NCBI GenBank assembly: GCA_016186705.1
Contig: JACPLB010000002.1
Coordinates: forward strand, 20,811 to 84,810
Direction of reading: 5' to 3'
Origin: Candidatus Kaiserbacteria bacterium
Lineage (GTDB): Bacteria > Patescibacteriota > Minisyncoccia > Phycocordibacterales > JABMNX01
Length of the DNA: 64,000 nucleotides
The notes beneath the pieces are model-generated. The model saw nothing but the letters and a program-made list of their open reading frames with translations, had not been told where the DNA came from and ran no database searches. Position 1 is the first letter of the stretch; each line of letters begins with the position of its first letter. The translations under genes and the position numbers were made by a program. Positions 47,135-56,587 of the stretch are shown here, piece by piece.

Positions 47135-48368
47135 GGGTGTTTTTCCTGATAATCATCCAGGCGGGAATGTAACCGGCGATAATCGTTGAAAGTACCAGAA
47201 GCCCGACGCGCAGAGACGTCCCGCCAAAAGGGGCGACAAGAATCCCATCGCTGAATGGAAAGTCTATAGGGTGCCCGGCAATAAACGGCACAAGAAAACC
47301 GTATACCAAAGCTAACCCTATCAAAGACCCAAAAAGAGCGTAAAAGATTGATTGGAAGACGTATGAAAGACGGATAGCACCTCCATCAATGCCAATCCCT
47401 TTCATGATGCCGATGTATTTCCTGCGCGTGATCGCATTAATGAATACGACGATAAAAATCGTAATGGACGCAACGACAAGCCCGATTGAGCCAAAGGCAG
47501 TGCCAAGCATATTAAATGTCTTGATAACATCCTTAAGGAACTGCGGCTGGGCATCTTCAAATGTCTGTATTTTCGCGTACTTATCGGCGCCGCTCCGTTT
47601 AATTTTCTCGCGAACCGCGATAGGGTCGGCTCCCTCTTTAAGAAGTATCGCTATTTGAGCGACATTGCCGTCATTTCTCCCGATCATACTCCGAAACTGG
47701 GAGTCAACCATAAATACGTTTCTCGTCAGCGCATCCACCTTGCTCTTTATAATGCCTTTCACGGTCACCTCCCGTGTCACATCGCCGAGAGTAACCCGAA
47801 TCTTGCTTCCCACGGACACGTTATTGAGTGCGGCATAATTTGGGTCTTCAACCGGCACATACTGGCTTAAGAGGAACTGCCCTATAATGACCTGGTCATA
47901 GTCTCCGGGAGCGAGGTACGAGCCCTCCGTCACCGAAGAGGAGAGGTGCGTTACTCTGTCTTCGCTTTGCGGGTCAATGCCGAAAATCTGCGCATTTGCG
48001 GTGTTTGGCTTATCGGTCTCTTTTCTTGTCTTATAATTCGCCTCAAGTTCCGCGCCCGAACTGTACCGCGCCGAGAGCGTCTCAATTTCAGGGAAACTCT
48101 TCAGTAACGCAATGAGGTTGGGGCTGTTTTCAATGTATTTCTTATCGTCGGGTGCTGAGACGATGATGTCGCTCGTAAATTCAAAGCGTACTTGGTTGAC
48201 CGCCCCTTGAATAAGTCCGACAAGAATCCCTGAGACGACCACAAGGTTCAGAAAGGTCAGTACCATCACGAAAATAATGAGACCGGTAGTCCAAAGGCTC
48301 GCGCGACGTATCTGCCGCGTCGCAAGAAAAAATCCTATGCGAACATTGAGCGCTAGCCGCGAGAGCAT
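47109..48368 (-). CDS. ABC transporter permease, FtsX/MacB-like
   Basis: N-terminal TM helix, a periplasmic domain, and a C-terminal FtsX-like 3-TM bundle. Confidence 0.8.
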   Translation of the reverse strand: MLSRLALNVRIGFFLATRQIRRASLWTTGLIIFVMVLTFLNLVVVSGILVGLIQGAVNQVRFEFTSDIIVSAPDDKKYIENSPNLIALLKSFPEIETLSARYSSGAELEANYKTRKETDKPNTANAQIFGIDPQSEDRVTHLSSSVTEGSYLAPGDYDQVIIGQFLLSQYVPVEDPNYAALNNVSVGSKIRVTLGDVTREVTVKGIIKSKVDALTRNVFMVDSQFRSMIGRNDGNVAQIAILLKEGADPIAVREKIKRSGADKYAKIQTFEDAQPQFLKDVIKTFNMLGTAFGSIGLVVASITIFIVVFINAITRRKYIGIMKGIGIDGGAIRLSYVFQSIFYALFGSLIGLALVYGFLVPFIAGHPIDFPFSDGILVAPFGGTSLRVGLLVLSTIIAGYIPAWMIIRKNTLDSILGRN

Positions 48369-48374
48369 ATCATT

Positions 48375-49919
48375 TTACATTCCCGGATTAAGCAGTACTT
48401 TGTCTCCCTCTTCAAGTCCGGATATAATTTCCACCTCGCCAAGAGAGGAAACACTTCCTGTCTCCACCATGCGCTCAACAGTGCTCTCATCATTTTTAAC
48501 ATACACAATCTTCTGATTATCCCGTTTGAAGATAATCCCCTGCGGAATACTGATCACGTCTTTCTTCTGTTCAGTGGTAATCACGATATTTGCCGTCATG
48601 CCAGGCTTGATGCGAGCATCGCTCTCAAGAAATGTGAGCTTCGCGCGATACGTGGAAACTCCATCGCGGATGGTTTCCGCCGGGTCAATTGAAATAACGC
48701 GAGTCGGAAAAATAACGTCGGCGCCGTAGGCGTCAAGAGTGACTGCCGCCATGTCTCCCACCTTTACAAGAGGCGTGTTTATTTCAGGCATAAAACTCTC
48801 TACCTGGTACGCGTCCGTACTTATCATTGAAATAATTGACGTGTTTGCCGACGCGATTCCTCCGACTTTCGCGTCCATTTTGCTTACGACGCCGATAAAC
48901 GGCGCTACGACCAAAGTTTTTTGGTATCGTGCGCGAGCGCTCAAAAGGTCAGCTTCTGCTGCTTTGACTCGCGCCTTCTGTGCGTCAATATCCTCAGAAG
49001 TAACGCCGGCTTTTTCAAGAGTAAACTCTTTTTCAGCAAGAGAGAGCGCCGTTTCAGCTGACGATACGCTTCCGACCGCGGAGACAAGCGCCCCCTGCGC
49101 GGTACTTACGGCAGTGCGAGCTCCTGAAATGTCCGTCTTCCATCCGTCAATTTTGCTCTGTGAGAGCGAAGAAGACGCTTGAAGAGAGCTGAGTGCAAGT
49201 GCTGCTTTTTCAAGAAATGTCTTTACTTGTGCCGTATACTCAAGCGAAGACGCGGCAAGCTCCGAGAGAACGGTACCCCCTCCGATTGCGGTATTCCATT
49301 CGGTAAGCGAGTTTTCAAGCAGAACTCGCAAAGCAATGAGTTCCTGGCGCAACTGCCCATCAGTTTCAAAAATTAAGGTCGGGTTCGGAGATTTCGGATT
49401 GCTGAAAAACTGGTCCGCTTTCGTGCGAACCGCGTCGTCGGATTTTACGTACGCATCCGAAATTTTTTCTTTCAATGACTCTCGCGCGTCCGTAAGGTCG
49501 GCCTCCGCCGCGGTTACTTTTGCTTCGCTAATCGCAAGCTCTTCCGGGCGCGACCCGCGCGTGAGGTCAGCAAGTTTTGCATTCTCCGCTTCAAGCGACG
49601 CTTCCTTCTGGAGAATGTCCGCGCGCGCGTCGCCGTTTTCAATTGAGGCAAGTACCGCGCCTTGCAGTACTGTATCGCCCACCTTCGCAAAAACGCCCGA
49701 CACGCGACCTGTTTGATTAAATGCCAAATCAACGCTCTCCGCGGAAATAACTTTTCCCGATACCGACACCTCCTGGAGAAAATCTCCTCGTTTAATAACG
49801 AGTATTTCCTCACTGCTCTTTCCGTTCCGAAACAGATAGAACCCTCCAAGAAGGATAACAACGAATGCTAGAACGACGGCGAAAAGCGCGGGCGGCTTAA
49901 GTGTTTTAAGAAATTCCAT
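48375..49919 (-). CDS. HlyD-family membrane fusion (periplasmic adaptor) protein
   Basis: Signal anchor, long Ala/Glu coiled coils, C-terminal beta-barrel region. Start placed at MEFLKTL. Confidence 0.75.
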   Translation of the reverse strand: MEFLKTLKPPALFAVVLAFVVILLGGFYLFRNGKSSEEILVIKRGDFLQEVSVSGKVISAESVDLAFNQTGRVSGVFAKVGDTVLQGAVLASIENGDARADILQKEASLEAENAKLADLTRGSRPEELAISEAKVTAAEADLTDARESLKEKISDAYVKSDDAVRTKADQFFSNPKSPNPTLIFETDGQLRQELIALRVLLENSLTEWNTAIGGGTVLSELAASSLEYTAQVKTFLEKAALALSSLQASSSLSQSKIDGWKTDISGARTAVSTAQGALVSAVGSVSSAETALSLAEKEFTLEKAGVTSEDIDAQKARVKAAEADLLSARARYQKTLVVAPFIGVVSKMDAKVGGIASANTSIISMISTDAYQVESFMPEINTPLVKVGDMAAVTLDAYGADVIFPTRVISIDPAETIRDGVSTYRAKLTFLESDARIKPGMTANIVITTEQKKDVISIPQGIIFKRDNQKIVYVKNDESTVERMVETGSVSSLGEVEIISGLEEGDKVLLNPGM

Positions 49920-50021
49920 GCTTAGACAGTATACCTTATGAGATAAAAACGATGAAACACTTTTGCATGATTTTAATAAAACGTTGAGTGCAGAAGATTC
50001 CAAAAAATTCCAAGCACACCC

Positions 50022-50049
50022 TTTACAAGTAGAGGTATGTGGTTATAAT
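50022..50049 (+). promoter_or_regulatory. Sigma70-like promoter
   Basis: TTACAA ... TATAAT. An AGGAGG Shine-Dalgarno follows before ATG 50082. Confidence 0.45.
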
Positions 50050-50081
50050 GCGAATAAATCTGTATACGAAGGAGGTAGTGT

Positions 50082-50486
50082 ATGAGACGTTTTGGATTCG
50101 CGTGCATATCGTTCTTTATCATTTTTCTGTGGACGAATGCTGCGACATTCTCGGAAGACAAAAGGCCTTCGCTCGGAGATTACGGCTACCGGCATAAAGA
50201 ACTCCACGAGAGAGGAGTCGTCAAGAAGCTTATGGAGAAGTTCGGGACGACTTGCTGTGACGGAGGCAAAGGGGGCGAGTGCCGGGTAACGAGAATCGTA
50301 CGAACGGGAGCCGGCTCGCTCGCACTGCTCAATGGAAAATGGTGCCCGATCACCCTGGGCATTCGCTACGACATTGAACTTCCTAAAGATGCGTTCGCCG
50401 TCGTGTGCGCGAGCAAATACAACGGGAACAGTGACGATTACGGGTGCCCGGACGTATATTGCGCGGCAATGACGCCGGGAACGTAG
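50082..50486 (+). CDS. Secreted cysteine-rich small protein, 8 Cys, unknown function
   Basis: Signal peptide MRRFGFACISFFIIFLWTNAATFS. Strong promoter and Shine-Dalgarno. Confidence 0.55.
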   Translation: MRRFGFACISFFIIFLWTNAATFSEDKRPSLGDYGYRHKELHERGVVKKLMEKFGTTCCDGGKGGECRVTRIVRTGAGSLALLNGKWCPITLGIRYDIELPKDAFAVVCASKYNGNSDDYGCPDVYCAAMTPGT

Positions 50487-50699
50487 GTGTCTATCGAAAT
50501 GAAAACGGCGCGCCTTATAAAAAGGGCGCGCCGTCCTTGCGCTATTAGAGACGCTTGCTACACTATGTATATGTTTGGACAAGGATACGGATACATGATG
50601 TCGGGATTTGGAGGCATTGGTTTTATCCTGTGGCTTCTCATCATCATTGACCTTGCACTCCTCGGCATCTGGCTCTGGAAGAAAATTTCAAAGGAATAG
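50487..50699 (+). CDS. Small Gly-rich membrane protein, hypothetical
   Basis: ...GFGGIGFILWLLIIIDLALLGIWLWKK. The start is uncertain and may be 50565. Confidence 0.3.
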   Translation: MSIEMKTARLIKRARRPCAIRDACYTMYMFGQGYGYMMSGFGGIGFILWLLIIIDLALLGIWLWKKISKE

Positions 50700-50724
50700 T
50701 TCTCTTTGAGAGAGTTCTTAACGC

Positions 50725-51042
50725 TCACGAGAGTATTCCTGAAAAAAGCGCAATAAAGATAAGGGCGGTGATGCCAGCAAATATTGCCGTTGTTTGAATA
50801 AAAAGCTTGAACGCTTCCGTTTTTTCTCCGTTAAAGTAAAGCTGAAACGGCTGATAGAAGAAGAGAAAGCCCATAACAGACGCCGAAAGCACAAAAAGTG
50901 AGAGAAAGGCAATTGGTACGATGACGGTTTCTTTCGGAGCGGTAATTTTCGGTCCATAATACATAATAGACGTGACAATGGAGATGTAGAGTATGGCGAG
51001 AAGCGCGTTAAGAAACGGATTTCTGCTCATATCATAAGGCAT
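50725..51042 (-). CDS. Hypothetical 3-TM membrane protein
   Basis: Hydrophobic ORF. Confidence 0.45.
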   Translation of the reverse strand: MPYDMSRNPFLNALLAILYISIVTSIMYYGPKITAPKETVIVPIAFLSLFVLSASVMGFLFFYQPFQLYFNGEKTEAFKLFIQTTAIFAGITALIFIALFSGILS

Positions 51043-51092
51043 ATAACCGAGGCGCCGTCAAAAAGTTCGACTGCCGTTTCCCTGATTTGAAA

Positions 51093-51683
51093 TCATTCTC
51101 GGGCTGTTTTGAGAGCCCGTGTCCACCACAGAAGCTGCTCGATCATTTCTTTTGCTTTCTCGGAGAGCGACGAGAAGAGCTCGTCAGCGGAAGCCTTGCC
51201 GAAGAAGACCGGGAAGTAGCGCTCACCTGAAATGTGGATGGCGGTTCGTATCGGCGCCATCTGGAGTTCGATAGCAGTGAGACGCAGCTGCTCGATAGCG
51301 CGCGCACCGCCGACACTCCCGTAGCTTAGAAACGCAACCGGCTTGTTGTTCCACTCTTGGTATACCCAATCAATGGCATTTTTGAGCACGCCGGACGTCC
51401 CGCGGTTGTACTCTGGCGTGACGATAACGAACGCATCTCCCTCCCCGATCTTCAAAGTGAAGCGGGCAACCGCTTCGTTCGTGTAGGGCGCCTGTTTGAA
51501 GGACGGACTGACCGACTCATTGAAAAACGGCATGTCGTAGTCGCGCAGGTCGAGCACCTCGACCTTGACCCCTTCGTGTTTTTTTACTTCCTCCGCGATC
51601 CACGTTGCCGCCTTGTCGCTGAAGCGGCCTTCGCGGGTACTGCCGGCGATGACCTTGATGTGAAGTGATGTATCTTGTTCCAT
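51093..51683 (-). CDS. NADPH-dependent FMN reductase family flavoprotein
   Basis: Flavodoxin-like fold ...IKVIAGSTREGRFSDK... Confidence 0.8.
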   Translation of the reverse strand: MEQDTSLHIKVIAGSTREGRFSDKAATWIAEEVKKHEGVKVEVLDLRDYDMPFFNESVSPSFKQAPYTNEAVARFTLKIGEGDAFVIVTPEYNRGTSGVLKNAIDWVYQEWNNKPVAFLSYGSVGGARAIEQLRLTAIELQMAPIRTAIHISGERYFPVFFGKASADELFSSLSEKAKEMIEQLLWWTRALKTARE

Positions 51684-51727
51684 ACGTCGTTAGTAAGTTT
51701 GATAATGTCAGTCACACCCGAATACTC

Positions 51728-51880
51728 TTATGGGTCGGTCTCGATCGAGTGTTGGGTGATGTCCAAATTACAACTCTTGTGTCCCTTGCACCACGCATTG
51801 CACTTCTCCGCCCATTCTTTCTCGGAGTAGTGAAAGCCGCATTCACCGCACCTCCAGCCTCTTTCTTCACGAGTAACCAT
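51728..51880 (-). CDS. Unannotated 50-aa zinc-ribbon-like protein
   Basis: MVTREERGWRCGECGFHYSEKEWAEKCNAWCKGHKSCNLD..., with C-x2-C ... C-x3-C. It is below the track cutoff and sits 4 nt after the ccdA stop. Confidence 0.35.
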   Translation of the reverse strand: MVTREERGWRCGECGFHYSEKEWAEKCNAWCKGHKSCNLDITQHSIETDP

Positions 51881-51884
51881 GGTA

Positions 51885-52649
51885 TTAGAGATATTCTAGC
51901 AAACGGTCGTAGTTAATGAAATCAAAGAGTTCATACCCGTACTGGATGGTGAGTCCGAAGTTATCGGTCGCAAGGAGTAACCCAAGAAGAATTAAGAATA
52001 CACCTCCTACAACAGAGACGGCTTTGAGGTATTTTGAAATTTTTTCAATGTAGACAGTGGCTTTTGAAAAAGCGAGCGCAATAAGGAGAAACGGAATTGC
52101 AAGACCGATAGAAAAAACGCTGAGCATCAATCCCCCGGCAAGCGCCGTACCGGACGTGCCTGCGAGAAGAAGGATAGAGCCCAAGATTGGTCCTACGCAC
52201 GGCGTCCACCCAAGGGCAAACGTGCCTCCGATAAAGAGCGAACTTGAAGGCTTGCCGAGCGTGAGCCACTTTGGAATCGGGATTCGTTTGTCAGTTTGGA
52301 AAAATGGGAGCTTGAAAAAGCCGAGCATAAAAAGTCCGAAGAGAATCACGAGAATGCCGCCAATACGGGCAAGCCAAATACGATATGGCGCGAGCGCAGT
52401 GCCTAGAATACCGGCAAGAACGCCAAAGACGATGAATATAAGGGAAAAACCGACAATGAATGAAAGTCCGTTCAGGAAAATTTTTCGGCGAGCGGCTTCC
52501 GCTGTTTCAGGATTTTTAAGCGCTTCTTGGTCAACACCGCTGATAAAGCCGAGGTACGCCGGCACAAGCGGCAACGTGCATGGGGCCAGAAACGTGAGAA
52601 GTCCCGCAAAAAAAGATGCAACTATAAATCCGATGCCTATTTCTATCAT
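51885..52649 (-). CDS. ccdA: Cytochrome c-type biogenesis / disulfide reductant transporter CcdA (DsbD core)
   Basis: 6 TM helices with Cys in TM1 (LAPCTLPLVP) and TM4 (WTPCVGP). Confidence 0.85.
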   Translation of the reverse strand: MIEIGIGFIVASFFAGLLTFLAPCTLPLVPAYLGFISGVDQEALKNPETAEAARRKIFLNGLSFIVGFSLIFIVFGVLAGILGTALAPYRIWLARIGGILVILFGLFMLGFFKLPFFQTDKRIPIPKWLTLGKPSSSLFIGGTFALGWTPCVGPILGSILLLAGTSGTALAGGLMLSVFSIGLAIPFLLIALAFSKATVYIEKISKYLKAVSVVGGVFLILLGLLLATDNFGLTIQYGYELFDFINYDRLLEYL

Positions 52650-53185
52650 AGCGAAGTATCGTTAGCGTGTATAATCTTGTTCGCATGCTCTCTCATCTCG
52701 TTGAGGTCCATCGGTCCGCGTTTATGCACGACAATTTCCCCTTCCCTATTGATAAAGACAGTTTCGGGCATAGAGAATCCTCCTAGCGACTTATAAAATG
52801 AGTCATCTGAATCAAGAAGGAAGAGCATGTTGTCAGTAATACCAAGTTCGTCAGTATATCCTTTCGCTTTCTCAAGGGGTTCCTGCCGGTCAATTGCAAT
52901 AACAACAACGCGTTCGTCAAATTCCTTCTGAAGCTCCGCAAAATCCGGCAATTCCTGGCGGCAGAATGGGCACCATACCGCCCAGCTGTTTACAACAAGC
53001 GGTGTGCCTCTAAATTTTTCGAGTGATACAACGTTTCCTCTGTAGTCAATAAGAGAAAGAGAAGCGAGTCTGTCAAAATCGTTTACCTTTGTTTTTATAC
53101 TTGTATCAGAACTCCCGCCGGAACCAATAAAAAACCATATTCCTATGATAAGAATCCCGATTCCAATAATAATGATTTTTTTCAT
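52646..53185 (-). CDS. TlpA/ResA-like thiol-disulfide oxidoreductase
   Basis: WAVWCPFC thioredoxin motif and a signal anchor. Confidence 0.85.
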   Translation of the reverse strand: MKKIIIIGIGILIIGIWFFIGSGGSSDTSIKTKVNDFDRLASLSLIDYRGNVVSLEKFRGTPLVVNSWAVWCPFCRQELPDFAELQKEFDERVVVIAIDRQEPLEKAKGYTDELGITDNMLFLLDSDDSFYKSLGGFSMPETVFINREGEIVVHKRGPMDLNEMREHANKIIHANDTSL

Positions 53186-53193
53186 ATATACGT

Positions 53194-53514
53194 TTATGCA
53201 ACTATTTTCACGCCTTTCCAGAAAGCATAGTAACCCTTGATGGCTCGTGCCGCTTCGCTCGGTTCCGGATATGTCCATGCGGCATCGTGAAGCGTTTCGT
53301 CACCAACGATAATATCATAGTAGAAGGCTTTGCCTTTCCAGGGACATTGATATGTATTCCCGCTTTTATACAGATATTCCGCATGCAGAGAATCCGGCGG
53401 GAAATAGTGATTATTTTCCACTACGATTGTTTGGTCACTTCCCGCGATAATGGTGTTTTTGTATATTGCTTTCACTTTATGTAACAAGTTAATTATTACG
53501 CACCTGTTCAACAA
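53194..53514 (-). CDS. DUF427 domain protein
   Basis: NHYFP...YQCPWKG.AFYY...DAAW.YPEP...FW pattern. Confidence 0.7.
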   Translation of the reverse strand: MLNRCVIINLLHKVKAIYKNTIIAGSDQTIVVENNHYFPPDSLHAEYLYKSGNTYQCPWKGKAFYYDIIVGDETLHDAAWTYPEPSEAARAIKGYYAFWKGVKIVA

Positions 53515-54163
53515 GTGCGGCTATCTGCTGATACGGAAGTGCGCCACTAAACGGCGTGAGCTGTCCGTCAGGTGCTACGACGACTACGTACGGCGTGCCG
53601 CGACCGCCGGTATCTGTTGCCTCGCGAAAGTCTTTTTGTATATCGGCAACGACACCCCGGTCACTAATGCATCCTGAAAACGCTTCTGAATTAATACCAA
53701 ACGAAACGGCTACTTCTTCGTACCAAGAGTTGTCTAATTGTCTCTGATTTTCAAACGCTAAATCGGTAAATGACCAGAAATTTTCATTCGTGCCGAGCTG
53801 TGCTATGCACTCGGACGCAACTGCAGCAGAGAGAGCCCGTGAATGTATGGTCGAAAGCGGAAAATGGCGATATATCCATCTGACGTCGCTGTTTTCTGCG
53901 ACAATTTGTTTCAATGTGGGATGCAATCGCGCGCAGAAAGGACATTCAAGGTCACTGAATTCCACTATTGCGATAGGCGCGTCCGGATTACCACGCACAT
54001 GGTCGGTTTCGTTCGGCATTCGAAACTCACCATTGGACTTTAGTGCTGTACTTGAAACAACACTGCTATCCCTTTTAGGCAGAATGACTGCACCGGCAAT
54101 CAAGAGCCCGGCGATAACAATCGCTATCGGGATTCCGTATCGTGTCTGTGATGTACGTGCCAT
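53489..54163 (-). CDS. DsbA-like thioredoxin-fold oxidoreductase
   Basis: DLECPFCAR CxxC motif and a signal anchor. Start placed at MARTSQ to avoid overlap with the grx gene. Confidence 0.8.
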   Translation of the reverse strand: MARTSQTRYGIPIAIVIAGLLIAGAVILPKRDSSVVSSTALKSNGEFRMPNETDHVRGNPDAPIAIVEFSDLECPFCARLHPTLKQIVAENSDVRWIYRHFPLSTIHSRALSAAVASECIAQLGTNENFWSFTDLAFENQRQLDNSWYEEVAVSFGINSEAFSGCISDRGVVADIQKDFREATDTGGRGTPYVVVVAPDGQLTPFSGALPYQQIAALVEQVRNN

Positions 54164-54167
54164 GCTG

Positions 54168-54404
54168 TTACGCAATATCAAGAAGTGGCTTAAGTTTTGC
54201 TTCGTCAAAACCGATAATCATTTCATCGTCGACAAAAATAACCGGCACACCCATCTGTCCGCTCTTTTGAATCATCTCATCCCGCTTTGCCGTATCGGTT
54301 GAGACATCATAATTGGTGAATGCGATGTTGTACTCCTTGAAGAATGCTTTTGCCGCCTGGCAGAAGTGACAGGTGGGTGTTGAGTATATCGTTACGTTTT
54401 TCAT
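54168..54404 (-). CDS. Glutaredoxin-like / NrdH-like redoxin (copy 2)
   Basis: YSTPTCHFCQ active site. About 60% identical to 18095-18331. Confidence 0.8.
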   Translation of the reverse strand: MKNVTIYSTPTCHFCQAAKAFFKEYNIAFTNYDVSTDTAKRDEMIQKSGQMGVPVIFVDDEMIIGFDEAKLKPLLDIA

Positions 54405-54431
54405 AGTTTTATTTATTAACTACGTTAATAA

Positions 54432-55505
54432 TTACTTGAATAATTCCGTCTCCGGGTGCACCGCAAGCCAGGAGAACCAAAATCCTGGGATTGAGGCAAG
54501 TGGTTCTCCATTGACTGTGAAGCGAACCTCGCCTGCATCAGTTTTTGTGGCAACGATATTCTTTCCAGCAAACGTATCAGTTATCGTTCCAGAAAGTGCG
54601 TCATCGTGATACGCCTTATACTCCGCGCCAATTTCGAGTCCATGCACTAGAGCCTTCGGATGTAGGCGAGTATCGTTAAATGTTGCGCCGAACGACACTG
54701 ACTCGCTCGTGTAATATCCGCCGTACGGGTCACGACCATAATCACGAACGGAACCGGTATCCCGCGAGAGCACCTCTGTATCAGGATGGACTTGCTTCCA
54801 ATCGCCCCATCGGATAATATCAGACCGCACGATAGAAAGTTTCTTCCCGGTATCTACACCCAAGACCGCCTCTCCGAGCACCTGTGACCACAGAGATTCG
54901 TCCGCTTCGGTTTTTGCACGGTTGTACATCAAAAGATTTGACTGCCAGAGTCTTCCCGATACGCCGAACTCTTGTACTTCCCTGCCGACCCGCCGGTCAA
55001 ACACAATTCCGGTCGCGCACAGCGGGCAATACGTTACTAAAACGGGATTCCCAGCAATCGTGTCATTTACTATCTCGTGCCAGACGAGAATGCGGTACGG
55101 ATAGAAACGGCTCTCGCCCTGAACGGTAAGGCCGAGCCCGGGGTCGGAATCGTTAAGAAACGACGCGTCTTTTAAAGAGACGAATTGCGGTTCGTCAATA
55201 GACGGAATGCCGTCCTTGCCGGGGCCCCCGGATAATATTTCGTCCAGCGGGATTGAGTGTTTGACACCGTTTGTTGTAAATATTTCTCTCATGGATATCT
55301 CTGTTTTACGAACTATACTTTCTCCTATTGTTTTATTTTCTTCACCAGCTATTGTCTTATCTTTCTGTATGTCCCCACTGTTCTCCGCGTCAAGAAAGAG
55401 TTGGGTTTCTCCCGAAGGAACGGGAAACGTGTCTCGCGTAAAAAATAACAGACCAATGAGTACAATTGCCGCAATGAGAACCCAGAATGTGAGTTGGTGT
55501 TTCAT
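54432..55505 (-). CDS. DUF3179 family protein
   Basis: IPSIDEPQF ... VTYCPLCATG ... SGRLWQSNLLMYNR ... WSQVLGEA pattern. Confidence 0.75.
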   Translation of the reverse strand: MKHQLTFWVLIAAIVLIGLLFFTRDTFPVPSGETQLFLDAENSGDIQKDKTIAGEENKTIGESIVRKTEISMREIFTTNGVKHSIPLDEILSGGPGKDGIPSIDEPQFVSLKDASFLNDSDPGLGLTVQGESRFYPYRILVWHEIVNDTIAGNPVLVTYCPLCATGIVFDRRVGREVQEFGVSGRLWQSNLLMYNRAKTEADESLWSQVLGEAVLGVDTGKKLSIVRSDIIRWGDWKQVHPDTEVLSRDTGSVRDYGRDPYGGYYTSESVSFGATFNDTRLHPKALVHGLEIGAEYKAYHDDALSGTITDTFAGKNIVATKTDAGEVRFTVNGEPLASIPGFWFSWLAVHPETELFK

Positions 55506-55822
55506 AGCACGGAGAGCACGCGAAGTATTTTCTCAATACGCAAGACGAGTGAGCCGTCGGTTAGTTCGTAGCACATCTTCTGACCCTCCCTATAACAGAA
55601 GACAATTCCTCGCGCTTCCAACTTAGCAAGTTGATGAGATGTCGCTGACGGCGAGCTCCCGACTTCTTTCGCAATCTCATAGACACACATCCCTTCACGA
55701 TTCCGAAATAAGAGTTTCAGAATGCGCACACGCGTCGGGTCTGAAAGAATACCCATCGTCTCAGCCGCTTGATGTATCCCTCCTCTAGAAACTCTGGAAA
55801 TAATATATGAACGCATGTTCAT
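55502..55822 (-). CDS. ArsR/SmtB family transcriptional regulator
   Basis: wHTH ...LSDPTRVRILKLL...VYEIAKEVGSSPSATSHQLAKL. Confidence 0.85.
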   Translation of the reverse strand: MNMRSYIISRVSRGGIHQAAETMGILSDPTRVRILKLLFRNREGMCVYEIAKEVGSSPSATSHQLAKLEARGIVFCYREGQKMCYELTDGSLVLRIEKILRVLSVL

Positions 55823-55896
55823 ATATTAACTTATATACAATATAAATGCAACCCCCTGCTTTGTACAAGTAGAGAGCGCCTTAGAAAGAGGGGGAT

Positions 55897-56007
55897 TTAA
55901 CGTTTACGCTGTGCCGCAAGCCGCGCCGCCTTTATCGCAAGGCGCTTTTTTGTTTTCTTCGAGCGTGACGTTTTGTGCCACGTACTGACTGCCATCCTTT
56001 TTGCCAT
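55897..56007 (-). CDS. Possible small basic protein, 36 aa
   Basis: MAKRMAVSTWHKTSRSKKTKKRLAIKAARLAAQRKR. A TATAAT-like -10 element lies upstream. Confidence 0.25.
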   Translation of the reverse strand: MAKRMAVSTWHKTSRSKKTKKRLAIKAARLAAQRKR

Positions 56008-56447
56008 ATATATTAAGTGTACATTATATTTAAATAGAAAAACAAATTGGAGAAAACTTTCAAGCAAATCTATGGAGTTAAGAGAAACCCCGCACAAGAG
56101 GCGGGGCTGAAGCTGGAGAGTGAAAATAAATTGAAGAAAAAGAACCTAAAGACGGAGACTTTCCCGGCGGTAGAAACACCTTCCAAGCTCAATGCAGGTC
56201 GCGAAGCCTGCACAAAGGGTCATATCGAGCAATACCATGTAAGCTCGACCGGCCAAGTCCGCTCCCGCTAGGCAACAGCCTCGGGAGGCGCACTATTTCG
56301 CTCAACAAGATTTTCTGCAGAAAGTCCTGTCGAGTTACTTTGAGAGTGGTCACTCCATGTCCGTCTGCTTTTAGAAGTGTACCAAAATTATTTGAAAAAA
56401 GTCAAGGGATTGTTTTTAACTGCTTGTGAATATGATAATTCGCTCTG

Positions 56448-56518
56448 CTGCGGGACTTGGACTCGAACCAAGATACTCGCCTCCAGAGGGCGAAGTCCTA
56501 CCATTAGACGATCCCGCA
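56448..56518 (-). tRNA. tRNA-Gln(CTG)
   Basis: Reverse complement is TGCGGGATCGTCTAATGGTAGGACTTCGCCCTCTGGAGGCGAG...GGTTCGAGTCCAAGTCCCGCA G. The U1-A72 pair and G73 discriminator are typical of bacterial tRNA-Gln. Confidence 0.8.
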
Positions 56519-56587
56519 AGAAATTACACTTCTCCATCTTGCCGAAGAATCTAGTTAAATGCAAATAAAAGAGGAGGTGGGTTGAGA

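Noticed and set aside
56098-56447. tmRNA hypothesis, suggested by a GGGGCUGA...CUGGA start.
   Set aside because: No T-arm (GGTTCGA/TCGAACC) or ANDENYALAA-like tag frame is present on either strand.
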